Positions 40,291 to 49,797 of a DNA stretch of 64,000 nt are shown one piece after another. Below the pieces are notes generated by a model. That model did no database searches, had not been told where the DNA came from, and saw only the letters and a list, made by a program, of their open reading frames with translations. Position numbers and translations under genes: made by a program. This stretch comes from Methanotrichaceae archaeon (GTDB lineage Archaea; Halobacteriota; Methanosarcinia; Methanotrichales; Methanotrichaceae), in assembly GCA_963748825.1 (NCBI GenBank), contig CAVVKN010000022.1:96001-160000 (forward strand). The letters are read 5' to 3'. Position 1 is the first letter of the stretch, and each line of letters opens with the position of its first letter.

Positions 40291-42330
40291 TCAGGCCATC
40301 GCTTCTATCCTGCAGGCTGCCATCTTGTACTCCGGGATCTTGGCCACCGGATCCAGGGCATCGGAGGTGATGATGTTGGTTCCCTGCCAGTGGAAGGGCA
40401 TGAAGACCATGCCTGGCTTTACCTTCTCCGTCACACGGGCCCGGGCCTCTGTCTCTCCCCGAATCGTTTTCACCTTGACCATATCTCCGTGGCGCACCTT
40501 CAGCTCAGCTGCATCCTTGGGATTGATCTCAACATAAAGCTCAAAGTCTCTCTCCAAAAGCGAGGGACTCCTGCGGGTCATGGAGCCGCTGTTGTAGTGA
40601 ACCACGATCCTGCCGGTGCTGAGCAGTATGGGATACTCCGGGCTCGTCTGCTCGGCAGCGGGCCTGTTTTCCACGGAGGCAATATTTGCCTTTCCGCTCG
40701 GGGTGGAGAACCTCTCCCTGTGCAGAATGTCCGTTCCAGGGTGCCTCTCATCCGGGCAGGGCCAGCGCAGGCCCCCTATCTTCGAGATCCGCTCCCTGGT
40801 CATGCCTCCGTATTGCGGCACGGTACGGTTGATCTCCTTTAGCACTTCTGCGGCGCTGCTGTCGCCAAGCTCCAATCCCATTCTTTTGCCGATCTCATTG
40901 ATAATCCAGAGACCCTCTTTCGCCTCTCCGACTGGGGAGACGGCCTGGTCGATCCACTGCACCCGCCGCTCCATGGATGTGTAGCTTCCGTCTTTCTCTG
41001 CCCAGGCGGCTGCAGGCAAGACCACATCAGCCATCTGTGCTGTAGCAGTCATGAATATCTCCTGCACCACCAGAAAGTCCAGTTTCTCCAGGGCCTTTTT
41101 GGTCTTCTTTACATTGGCATCGCAGACGACCGGATCCTCGCCGATGATGTACATGGCCTTCAGAGTACCCTGCAGGGCCTCCTCCATCATCTCCGTAGAG
41201 GTCAGGCCAGGTCCAGTTGGCAGATCGGATGCCTTCCAGGCGTCTTTGAAGAACTCCACAGACTTAGGATCCGAGGCTTTCTTGTAACCGGGATAAAACT
41301 CAGCAATTGCTCCCACGTCGCATGTTCCCTGCACATTGTTCTGACCTCGCATGGGCCAGACGCCAGCACCAGGGCGTCCGATCTGGCCGCTGATCAAGGC
41401 CAAGGTCGCGCAGGCTTTCACGTTATCCGTACCGCAGACATGCTGTGTGATGCCCATGGAGTAGAGGAGGGCAGAGGCAGAAGACCTGGCATAGACTCTG
41501 GCCGCTCGGATTATATCACCTGCCGGAATGCCTGTCAGCTCTGCCGCCTTTTCCACAGAGTAGTCTTGCAGGCCCTTTTGGAGATCTTCGAAGCCTTCCG
41601 TCCTGGCGGCAATGAAATCTTTGTCTGCCAGCCCTTCATCGATTATCACCTTCATCATTCCCCGCAGTAGGTCGATGTCGCTGCCGGGCTTTAACCTGAG
41701 ATGAATATCGGACATCCAGGACGTTGAGGTGATCCTGGGATCGGCCACGATAACCGTAGCGCCTTTATCCTTGGCCTTCTGGGCCCAGCGGGACACGATA
41801 GGATGTGCCTCGGTGAAGTTGGTGCCTATGGCAAAGATGCAGCGAGAGTTTTCGATATCTACCAGGTTATTTGTCATCGCGCCCGTGCCCAGGACTGCCC
41901 CGAGACCGACGACTGTCGGGGAGTGGCATAAGCGAGCGCAGTTGTCGACGTTGGGAGAACCTAAGCTGCGTGCCATCTTCTGGAAGGCATAGTTCTCCTC
42001 GTTATTGCAGCGAGACGATGCCAAAAAACCGATACTCTTGGGTCCATGCCCCTCGATGGCCCGCATCAGTCCATGAGCCACAAGGTCCAGAGCCTCATCC
42101 CAGGATATCTGTCGCCATTCGTCGCCAACCCTCTTCAGAGGATGGCGCAGCCTTTCATCATGATTGAGAAACTCCAGAACTGCATTTCCCTTAGGGCAGA
42201 GGGCGCCTTCGCTAGCAGGATGATCCTTCATATACTCGATGCCCGTTGCTTTGTCTCTCTCAACTTCGAGGAATAAACCGCAACCCACTGCGCAATATGG
42301 ACATACTGATGGAATTAGCTTTTTAGCCAT
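40291..42330 (-). CDS. fdhA: Formate dehydrogenase alpha subunit (Mo/W-bisPGD, Cys-ligated)
   Basis: CPYCAVGC...CPKG, DNCARLCHSPT (Cys rather than Sec), MGITQH, RGQNNVQG and PEYK. Confidence 0.95.
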   Translation of the reverse strand: MAKKLIPSVCPYCAVGCGLFLEVERDKATGIEYMKDHPASEGALCPKGNAVLEFLNHDERLRHPLKRVGDEWRQISWDEALDLVAHGLMRAIEGHGPKSIGFLASSRCNNEENYAFQKMARSLGSPNVDNCARLCHSPTVVGLGAVLGTGAMTNNLVDIENSRCIFAIGTNFTEAHPIVSRWAQKAKDKGATVIVADPRITSTSWMSDIHLRLKPGSDIDLLRGMMKVIIDEGLADKDFIAARTEGFEDLQKGLQDYSVEKAAELTGIPAGDIIRAARVYARSSASALLYSMGITQHVCGTDNVKACATLALISGQIGRPGAGVWPMRGQNNVQGTCDVGAIAEFYPGYKKASDPKSVEFFKDAWKASDLPTGPGLTSTEMMEEALQGTLKAMYIIGEDPVVCDANVKKTKKALEKLDFLVVQEIFMTATAQMADVVLPAAAWAEKDGSYTSMERRVQWIDQAVSPVGEAKEGLWIINEIGKRMGLELGDSSAAEVLKEINRTVPQYGGMTRERISKIGGLRWPCPDERHPGTDILHRERFSTPSGKANIASVENRPAAEQTSPEYPILLSTGRIVVHYNSGSMTRRSPSLLERDFELYVEINPKDAAELKVRHGDMVKVKTIRGETEARARVTEKVKPGMVFMPFHWQGTNIITSDALDPVAKIPEYKMAACRIEAMA

Positions 42331-42363
42331 GATAAATCACCGAAAATGCAAATTTTTTAAGGT

Positions 42364-42945
42364 TTACGGATGATGCAATTCATCCAGACAGGCAAGACAG
42401 AGCGTCTCGTCATCTTTTTGGATGAAGCTCTCTATGCAGCATTCACAGATCGCTATCCTTTTTCCTGGCTTCTCAGGAACATCGAGGTCCATGATTTTCC
42501 ATGTGTAAACGCTCTCGCCTGCAGAAATGAGAATGGAGACCGCCTCGGGATGTGGGACTTTTTCTGTTTTCATGAACCAGGCATGGAGGCGAGGATACCG
42601 AGCAGTCTTTGCCGGATCGAGCATTATTCGCACGCCTTTTACATTGGTGCCCACAGGTGCACGCATGGTCACGGTAACCGCCATCTTTCCGTGATCCTTG
42701 ATCTTCAGCCCTTTGTTACCGATGGCTATGCCAGCAAGCACCTGGAAAGGATCGGGAAGGCAGTTATAGGTCTCGCAGGTGACAAAAAGCCTGTCCCCAT
42801 CGGATGCTTCCAGAACCCTTCGGGCAATGTTTAGCATCTGAATGCCTGCGGAGGCTCCTGTGCTCAGATAACCGTGAAAGGGTACTACCTTTTCTATCTG
42901 AGAACGCATTTTTGGGTCAGCGATCTTCTTTAGGATCTCCTCCAT
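42364..42945 (-). CDS. fmdE: FmdE family protein with C-terminal zinc finger
   Basis: PFHGYLSTG, CETYNCLPDPFQ, GNKGLKIKDHGKMA and CECC...CLAC. Confidence 0.85.
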   Translation of the reverse strand: MEEILKKIADPKMRSQIEKVVPFHGYLSTGASAGIQMLNIARRVLEASDGDRLFVTCETYNCLPDPFQVLAGIAIGNKGLKIKDHGKMAVTVTMRAPVGTNVKGVRIMLDPAKTARYPRLHAWFMKTEKVPHPEAVSILISAGESVYTWKIMDLDVPEKPGKRIAICECCIESFIQKDDETLCLACLDELHHP

Positions 42946-43325
42946 ACAAAATCCTCTCCGGCGGTTCTATGCCGCCGCAAGGCTTAAGAAGTTTTGCATA
43001 ATTGCCAACCTAAACTAAATATGTAAGCATTTACGCTAATGCAAAGAACGCTAGATCTGATCGCAGTAATTGTTGGACTGTGACGGACTTGGAAAATAGG
43101 AATTTGCCTTTGTTCATCTTGATGGCATCGATTCTGATATCCACAGTGAGCATTGGCACTGAATGAATTCCTTGCCAAAAAGTATGATTCAGGAGGCCAG
43201 CTCACAGAGAATCTCGATATCAAAAGTCACGGCAAAGCGCTGGATACACCTTGAGTCTAATGAAGCTCACGTCAGAAAAACCAGAGCTTCACTCTCAAGC
43301 CATCAAATCAATTAGCACATGTTGA

Positions 43326-43535
43326 TCAATCGATCGCAATCATTACATTAGTAGCCTTGATTACTACATAGACCTCTTTTCCTTCTGCAAGATCCAACGT
43401 GTCTGCTGAGGTTTTAGTGATCACTGAAACGATGTAATCTCCTCCAGTAAGCTCAACTGTGACCTCTGAGCTGACAGGACCTTTAACTATGTTCTTGACC
43501 TTGCCTTTCAGCATATTTCGAGCACTTATCTTCAT
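43326..43535 (-). CDS. mop: Molybdate/tungstate-binding Mop (TOBE, molbindin) protein
   Basis: MKISARNMLKGKV...SVIT..S..LDL..G..V...IKATNV. Confidence 0.95.
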   Translation of the reverse strand: MKISARNMLKGKVKNIVKGPVSSEVTVELTGGDYIVSVITKTSADTLDLAEGKEVYVVIKATNVMIAID

Positions 43536-43671
43536 CTCTATGCACCTTCGATAAACTATACAACTATTTCTATTTAAACTTTGAGTTCTATCGCTCATCA
43601 GTTAATACGGAATTACTCATTGACCTGGCTCTCTTATTGATACTGGTAATAAGTTCTAAGTCGCAAGATTC

Positions 43672-43749
43672 GGGGGGCATGCTAGGCGCAGCCGCATGAA
43701 GATCTGTCCTAAATCGAGCGGACCCATTCCTATTATACGCATGCCCTTT
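43672..43749 (+). ncRNA. Candidate structured small RNA (H/ACA-like guide architecture)
   Basis: 11-bp closing stem 43672-43682/43739-43749 (with GU pairs), inner TAGG/CCTA and CCGC/GCGG stems, tandem GA motifs and an ATA box. The arms complement a recalled 16S rRNA segment. Confidence 0.45.
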
Positions 43750-43928
43750 ATCCACAATACGAGCGTTGGGGTATTACGATAGAAATCAATAGCAAATTAC
43801 TTAATAAATAGACATCCATGTCTAATAGCAGGACAGTAAAGCCGGGTATAAGAAATAATTGCCAAAGGCGACAATGGCACATCAAAGACGCTTAGAGTTT
43901 GATAATAGAAAGCAGGTGCAAGAAAAAT

Positions 43929-46205
43929 ATGACTGAAGGAGAAGGCGTCAGGCTGAAGGTTTCCGAGGCCAATCAAGGCGATGTAGGAAAGGGCATAGTC
44001 AGGATTGGCGAGGATTTCCTGGAGAAAATAGGCGCACGTCCCTTAGATGTGGTGGAGCTGGTAGGTTCAAGGCCCACGGCCGCATTGGCTGTCAGTGCCT
44101 ATTCCCAGGACCAGGGCATAGACATGATCAGGATGGACGGTCTGATCAGATCCAACGCTGGAACGAGCATAGGCCAGTATATTGAGGTCAAAAAGGCGGT
44201 CTGGAGCGAGGCCAAGCATGTAACTTTGGCCCCGGTCACGCAAGGGATGCAGATCTTTGCTCCTGGAGACGTCCTCACCAAGGTATTCAACGGCAGGCCG
44301 CTGATAAGAGGAGATGTCATCTCCACAACCAGCGTCCGAAAACCGCCCACAGACTCCATGGGCCGGGAGACCATGTTCGAGGAGATATTCCGCGGCTTTT
44401 TGGGGGCCCAAGCCTTTGGCCTGGGAGAGATCAAGCTGCGAGTGATCTCCACCAGCCCGGGAGGAATTGTCAAGATCACGGAAGGAACCGACATTGAGCT
44501 ATTGCCTCAGGCTGTGGAGACTCCGGAACGCTCCGTGCCTTCTGTAGTTTACGAAGATATCGGCGGCTTGAAGCCGGTGATAACCAAGGTCCGGGAAATG
44601 ATTGAGCTTCCCCTCAAGCATCCCGAGCTCTTTGACCGCCTGGGCATTGATCCGCCCAAGGGCGTTCTCCTGCACGGACCGCCCGGCACAGGAAAGACCA
44701 TGCTCGCCAAAGCCGTGGCCAATGAGAGTGACGCCTACTTCATTAGCATCAACGGCCCGGAGATCATGTCGAAGTATTACGGTGAGAGCGAGAAGGCGCT
44801 GCGGGATCTGTTCGAAGAGGCGGAGAAGAACACCCCGGCCATCATCTTCCTGGATGAACTGGACTCCATCGCCCCCAAGCGGGGCGATGTCACCGGCGAG
44901 GTGGAAAGGCGCGTCGTAGCTCAGCTCTTGTCACTCATGGACGGCCTGAAAGAGAGGAAGAACGTAATAGTAATCGGCTCCACCAACCGGCCTGAGGCGC
45001 TGGATATGGCTCTACGCCGGCCGGGCAGATTCGACAGGGAGATTGAACTTGGCGTTCCCGACATGGAAGGGCGCATGGAGATCTTCCAGATCCACACGCG
45101 CGGCATGCCCTTGCACGAGGATGTGGTCCTGGAGGACTTTGCCAAGAGAACCTATGGCTTTGTGGGCGCAGATATCTCAGCCGTGGGCCGGGAAGCGGCC
45201 ATGAATGCCCTGCGCCGCATTCTTCCTGAGATAGATCTGGAAGAGACGACCATTCCCAAGGAGATCCTGGACCGGCTCATTGTGCAAAAGGACGACTTTG
45301 AGGCGGCACTGAGAGAGGTTTCCCCCTCAGCCATGAGGGAGATATTGGTTGAGGTTCCCAATGTGAACTGGGAGGACATTGGCGGCCTTGAATCCGTCAA
45401 GCAGCTTCTTGTGGAGGCAGTGGAGTGGCCGCTTAGAAATGCAGAGAGCTTCCGCCGCCTGGGCATTGAGGCTCCCAAGGGAATTCTGCTCTACGGGCCG
45501 CCAGGCACGGGCAAGACCATGCTGGCCAAGGCGGTGGCCAACGAGAGCGAGGCCAATTTCATCACCGTCAAAGGATCAGCACTTCTCTCCAAGTGGTATG
45601 GAGAGAGCGAGAAGAGAGTGGAAGAGATCTTCAAGAAAGCAAGGCAAGTGGCTCCGTCCATCATCTTCCTGGACGAGCTGGATGCGCTGGTGCCTGTGCG
45701 CGGCGGGGGCGCGGGCGAGCCGCATGTAACCGAGCGCGTGGTGAATCAGCTCTTAAGCGAGATGGACGGCCTGGAGGAGCTGCGAGGAGTGGTGGTAATT
45801 GGGGCTACCAACCGGCCGGATATCATCGATCCGGCGCTTCTGAGGCCGGGACGCTTTGACGAGCTGATCCTGGCACCTGTACCTGACCTTGAATCCCGCA
45901 GGAAGATCTTCGAGGTGCACCTGAAAAAAGCGCCTCTGGCGGATGATATCAATATCGAAGAGCTGATCAGCCTCACTGACCAGTACACGGGAGCTGATAT
46001 CGCTGCAGTGGTGCGTAAAGCTGGGCGTCTGGCTCTCCGAGAGGATATGGCCGCAGAGAAGATCGGCCAGAAACATTTCCTGGCGGCACTCCAGGAGATT
46101 GGACCTTCGGTCACTGCCGACACCATGAAGTACTATTCCAAATTGGGAACGGAGCTACGCAAGAAGGCCTCCCGAGAGGTGGAGCGCGGGGATATTTACG
46201 CCTGA
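43929..46205 (+). CDS. cdc48: CDC48/VCP (VAT) AAA+ ATPase
   Basis: N domain, two AAA modules ([20 protein letters not shown]) and C-terminal IYA (HbYX). Confidence 0.97.
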   Translation: MTEGEGVRLKVSEANQGDVGKGIVRIGEDFLEKIGARPLDVVELVGSRPTAALAVSAYSQDQGIDMIRMDGLIRSNAGTSIGQYIEVKKAVWSEAKHVTLAPVTQGMQIFAPGDVLTKVFNGRPLIRGDVISTTSVRKPPTDSMGRETMFEEIFRGFLGAQAFGLGEIKLRVISTSPGGIVKITEGTDIELLPQAVETPERSVPSVVYEDIGGLKPVITKVREMIELPLKHPELFDRLGIDPPKGVLLHGPPGTGKTMLAKAVANESDAYFISINGPEIMSKYYGESEKALRDLFEEAEKNTPAIIFLDELDSIAPKRGDVTGEVERRVVAQLLSLMDGLKERKNVIVIGSTNRPEALDMALRRPGRFDREIELGVPDMEGRMEIFQIHTRGMPLHEDVVLEDFAKRTYGFVGADISAVGREAAMNALRRILPEIDLEETTIPKEILDRLIVQKDDFEAALREVSPSAMREILVEVPNVNWEDIGGLESVKQLLVEAVEWPLRNAESFRRLGIEAPKGILLYGPPGTGKTMLAKAVANESEANFITVKGSALLSKWYGESEKRVEEIFKKARQVAPSIIFLDELDALVPVRGGGAGEPHVTERVVNQLLSEMDGLEELRGVVVIGATNRPDIIDPALLRPGRFDELILAPVPDLESRRKIFEVHLKKAPLADDINIEELISLTDQYTGADIAAVVRKAGRLALREDMAAEKIGQKHFLAALQEIGPSVTADTMKYYSKLGTELRKKASREVERGDIYA

Positions 46206-46266
46206 GGGGCCGTCTGGCACCTCGGTCCCCAATTTATATTTTATATTTTTTAATACATAATTTTTT
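46206..46266 (+). terminator. Hairpin plus T-rich terminator after cdc48
   Basis: GGGGCCG...CGGTCCCC followed by T-rich runs. Confidence 0.45.
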
Positions 46267-46480
46267 AATCTTCGCCCAGCAGACGCAACGCACTTTTACG
46301 AGCTTCTTCACGGTTACTTTCGGGAAGTACACTATTCGGTGCCATCGTTTCAGATTTCTCTCGCCCAATCATGATTATAATTCAAAATAGAATAAATTCA
46401 ATTTTAAAAACTGAAATGAGAAACCTTTGACGTGGAAAAGGAATGACGGGGGCCTATTTCCGCCCCCTCTTCTCGAGCCT

Positions 46481-47728
46481 TCAAATGTACTGCTGCACCA
46501 GCCCCTCTGGCTCGATTATGCGGTTTCGCTCTTTGTGCAGTATCTTTATCGCTGCGCCCTCAAAGTCGCTCTGGTATACTATTGTCCTCTCCTCGCGAAT
46601 GGCATACATACCTGCCTCGGTGGACAGCGATTTTAGATCCGCACCGCTCGAGCCCTCTGCCATATCGGAGATCAACTTGAGGTTCACATCTTCATCCAGG
46701 CTCATGCCCGAGGTATGAATCTTCAGAATCGACTCGCGTGCCTCCCGGTTGGGCATGGGAATCTCGATGACCCTGTCGAACCGTCCCGGCCGCAGCAAGG
46801 CCGGATCGAGCATGTCCAGGCGATTGGTGGCGGCGATGAGCTTGACCTCGCCTCGTGCATCAAAGCCGTCCATCTCCGCCAGGATCTGCATGAGAGTTCT
46901 TTGCACCTCGCGGTCTCCGCTGGTGGCTCCATCCATGCGCCGCGCTCCGATGGCATCCAGTTCATCTATGAAGATGATGGCGGGCGACTTACTCTTGGCC
47001 AGCTCGAAGAGCTCACGCACCAGGCGCGCTCCCTCTCCGATGTACTTTTGCACGAACTCAGAGCCCACCACGCGAAGGAATGTAGCATCTGTGCTCTGGG
47101 CAACCGCCTTGGCTAAAATGGTCTTGCCGGTTCCCGGAGGCCCGTGCAGCAAGACCCCCTTGGGCGGCTCAATACCTACGGCCGTGAAAAGGTCCGGACG
47201 CTTGAGGGGCAGCTCCACAATCTCCCTGATCTCGGAGATCTGAGTCTCCAGGCCCCCAATCTGTGAGAAGTGCACATCTGGAGCCTCCTCTATCTCCATG
47301 CCAAAGACAGCCGGGTCGCGGGGGGAGGGTAGGACGCACATCACAGCAAAAGACTGCTGATTTAAGCCTACCTGTGCACCGGGCTTGATCTCTTCCTCGA
47401 TGAACTGGGAGAGATTTACGACGAACCTGGGACCGGTGCTGCTCTTGACGATGACCCGGTTCTCGTCCAATACATCTACTATGGTGCCCACAATCATGGG
47501 ACCGACGCGCAGGCGCTCCAGCTCACTTCTCAGCTTGCGGGCTTCTCGCTCGAACTTGAGTTTCTGGTTCTCGATGAGCCGCTTTTCGCCTTCTACGCGG
47601 TCCTTCTGCTCTCGCAGCGCCAGGTTGCGCTCTTCAAGCTGGCGCATGCGGTCCAGGATGTAGCGCGAAAAGTCCGCGCCAGCCTGTGACTCATTCATGC
47701 CCTCATTCATGCCTTCTCCACTATCCAT
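46481..47728 (-). CDS. pan: Proteasome-activating nucleotidase
   Basis: Coiled coil, VKSSTGP OB fold, [17 protein letters not shown] and GDREVQRT. Likely start is ATG 47728. Confidence 0.97.
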   Translation of the reverse strand: MDSGEGMNEGMNESQAGADFSRYILDRMRQLEERNLALREQKDRVEGEKRLIENQKLKFEREARKLRSELERLRVGPMIVGTIVDVLDENRVIVKSSTGPRFVVNLSQFIEEEIKPGAQVGLNQQSFAVMCVLPSPRDPAVFGMEIEEAPDVHFSQIGGLETQISEIREIVELPLKRPDLFTAVGIEPPKGVLLHGPPGTGKTILAKAVAQSTDATFLRVVGSEFVQKYIGEGARLVRELFELAKSKSPAIIFIDELDAIGARRMDGATSGDREVQRTLMQILAEMDGFDARGEVKLIAATNRLDMLDPALLRPGRFDRVIEIPMPNREARESILKIHTSGMSLDEDVNLKLISDMAEGSSGADLKSLSTEAGMYAIREERTIVYQSDFEGAAIKILHKERNRIIEPEGLVQQYI

Positions 47729-47773
47729 AATTACAAAGATTATTAAACTCCGACCCCTATAAAGGTTTCCGAA

Positions 47774-48271
47774 ATGACCGAGAAGCAATGCGAGATTTGC
47801 GGCGCTGAGATCTCAGGAGTGCCCCAGAGGATCGTGATCGACCGCTCAACGATGGAGGTATGCAATAGCTGTGCGCGCTTCGGAAAACCGGAAGACAAAT
47901 GGTCTCTGGTTCCCAAGAAGATGGTTCCTGTAGAGAGGGCCTTCACGGCAAGTCGGCCCAAACCGCGCGACCATTTCAAGGACTTGGTAGAGTTGGTCCC
48001 GGATTTCGGGCGCAAGATCAGGGAGGCACGGGAGGGCCTGGGCCTCTCTCCAGAGGAGCTGGGAGGTAGGATCAAAGAGAAGGTAACTCTCCTAAAGAAG
48101 ATCGAGCGAGAGGAGATCTCTCCTGAGGATGGAATTAGAAAAAAGCTCGAAAAGGAGCTGAAGATCAAACTGTCCGACCAGGCGAGCGAGACTCGTGTCA
48201 AGTCCGGCAGCTCTGGCCGTGGATTGACTTTAGGAGATATTGCCAGCATCAAACGGAAAACTGAGAAATGA
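47774..48271 (+). CDS. mbf1: Archaeal multiprotein bridging factor 1 (TIGR00270)
   Basis: CEICG...VCNSC zinc ribbon, HTH (IREARE.LGLS.EEL) and LTLGD tail; divergent from pan. Confidence 0.95.
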   Translation: MTEKQCEICGAEISGVPQRIVIDRSTMEVCNSCARFGKPEDKWSLVPKKMVPVERAFTASRPKPRDHFKDLVELVPDFGRKIREAREGLGLSPEELGGRIKEKVTLLKKIEREEISPEDGIRKKLEKELKIKLSDQASETRVKSGSSGRGLTLGDIASIKRKTEK

Positions 48272-48840
48272 TCGCCAGTGCCGCTCGCTATGTTATCGGT
48301 GGGGGTGTGATAGTATACCCTACCGAGACCGTTTACGGCCTGGGCGCCAATGCTCTGGATGAGCAAGCGGTGATGAGGGTTTTTCAGATTAAAAAGAGGC
48401 CCCTCTCCAAGCCCATCTTTTTGGCCGTCTCCAACTTTGATATGCTGATGAATGTTGCAGAGGTGAGCCAAGATGACCTGGATCTTCTCAAGCAGCTCTT
48501 GCCTGGGCCGGTTTCCGTTCTTGTCAGGAAAAAAAGCGTAGTTCCGGATATACTCACCGCCGGCTCGCCATTGCTTGGCATCAGGTACCCGGATCACGAG
48601 ACGGCTTTAAGGATCATCGATTTGGCCGGACCCATCACCTCCACCAGCGCCAACCGCACAGGAGCCCTGCCACCCACAAGCGCAGGCTCCGTCTCCCCAG
48701 ATATCCGGGATCGAGTGGACGCCGTCGTGGACGGAGGAAAATGCCGATACGCACAGCCCTCAACCCTGCTGGATCTGCAGAAACGGGAGATCATTCGGCC
48801 GGGAGCTGGCCTGGATAAGGTAATGAAGGCGATATCGTGA
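48268..48840 (+). CDS. tsaC: L-threonylcarbamoyladenylate synthase (short YrdC/TsaC form)
   Basis: YPTETVYGLG, KKRP..KP, PGP, GIRYP, STSANRTG and STLLD. Confidence 0.93.
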   Translation: MIASAARYVIGGGVIVYPTETVYGLGANALDEQAVMRVFQIKKRPLSKPIFLAVSNFDMLMNVAEVSQDDLDLLKQLLPGPVSVLVRKKSVVPDILTAGSPLLGIRYPDHETALRIIDLAGPITSTSANRTGALPPTSAGSVSPDIRDRVDAVVDGGKCRYAQPSTLLDLQKREIIRPGAGLDKVMKAIS

Positions 48841-49757
48841 AGGCCAGAATTAGAGACTTCTTTCTGACCAAAGAAGGCTGGATCTTCGCTGTCGCGGACT
48901 ACAGTCACCCGGATGGTCTTCGTTCAATGCTACGTTATGTTCCTGATGTCGCAGGAGAGCGCGAGACCGATGGCAAGCGCTATCGCAAGATGGACTTCGA
49001 CCCGGCCTATGAATTTCTAAGGCGAGAACGACCAGACTGGGTCGCCGACCTGCACGTGGTTCCCCTGTCGCATGTGCTCAGGATTTATCGGCCGTCTGAG
49101 GGCCTTTTGGCCGTAGCGGAGCGCGACCCAAGAGTTCGAAAGATTGCCGGCCTGCTGGCAGAAGCAGGAGTGCCATGGGAGCAGATGGGTATCACCGGAT
49201 CTATGCTGGTAGGTCTGCACAGTCCCAGCTCAGATATCGATTTTGTAGTTTATGGCCCCATCTGGTGGAAGGCCAGGGATATCGTTGCCCGGGCCAAGGC
49301 AGAAGGAAAAATCGGGGATCTGGACGAGGCCACCTGGAGGAAGATCTACGCCAAGCGAAAGCCGGAGATCAGCTTCGATGAATTCATGCGGCATGAGACA
49401 CGAAAAGGAAATCGGGGCATGATCGAAGGCACCTACTTTGACCTTCTCTTCACTCGCGATTGGAGCCAGATACATCCTCAACCATCCGGCAAGCCTGCTG
49501 GGGAGCGGCGCATTGAGGCCCGAGTAACTAACGCCGATTTTGCCTTTGACAGTCCTGCCATCTACCGTCTGGATCACCCAGAGGTAAAGGAGATCTTCTG
49601 CTATTCGCATACCTATGCCGGCCAGGCGCTGCCCGGCGAGACTATCGAGGCGAAAGGCGTGCTGGAAGAGACTGCTCAGGGCCTACGGTTGGTAGTGGGA
49701 ACCACACGCGAGGCTCGCGGTGAATGGATCAGATCGCTAACCTTGCTGGAAAACTAA
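48837..49757 (+). CDS. Archaeal nucleotidyltransferase-domain protein (COG1665-like)
   Basis: RIRDF, LRYVPD, GITGSML.G....SDIDFVVYG and HTYAGQA. Confidence 0.85.
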   Translation: MKARIRDFFLTKEGWIFAVADYSHPDGLRSMLRYVPDVAGERETDGKRYRKMDFDPAYEFLRRERPDWVADLHVVPLSHVLRIYRPSEGLLAVAERDPRVRKIAGLLAEAGVPWEQMGITGSMLVGLHSPSSDIDFVVYGPIWWKARDIVARAKAEGKIGDLDEATWRKIYAKRKPEISFDEFMRHETRKGNRGMIEGTYFDLLFTRDWSQIHPQPSGKPAGERRIEARVTNADFAFDSPAIYRLDHPEVKEIFCYSHTYAGQALPGETIEAKGVLEETAQGLRLVVGTTREARGEWIRSLTLLEN

Positions 49758-49797
49758 AACAGTAATTATATATTGTATTCTAAAAGAGGTCTTTTGC

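Noticed and set aside
31020-42330. Selenocysteine in FmdB or FdhA
   Set aside because: Both frames are uninterrupted and have Cys at the metal-ligand position.
42946-42981. Moco/Wco riboswitch in the fmdE leader
   Set aside because: Only one 5-6 bp hairpin in a very short leader, too small for the multi-stem motif.
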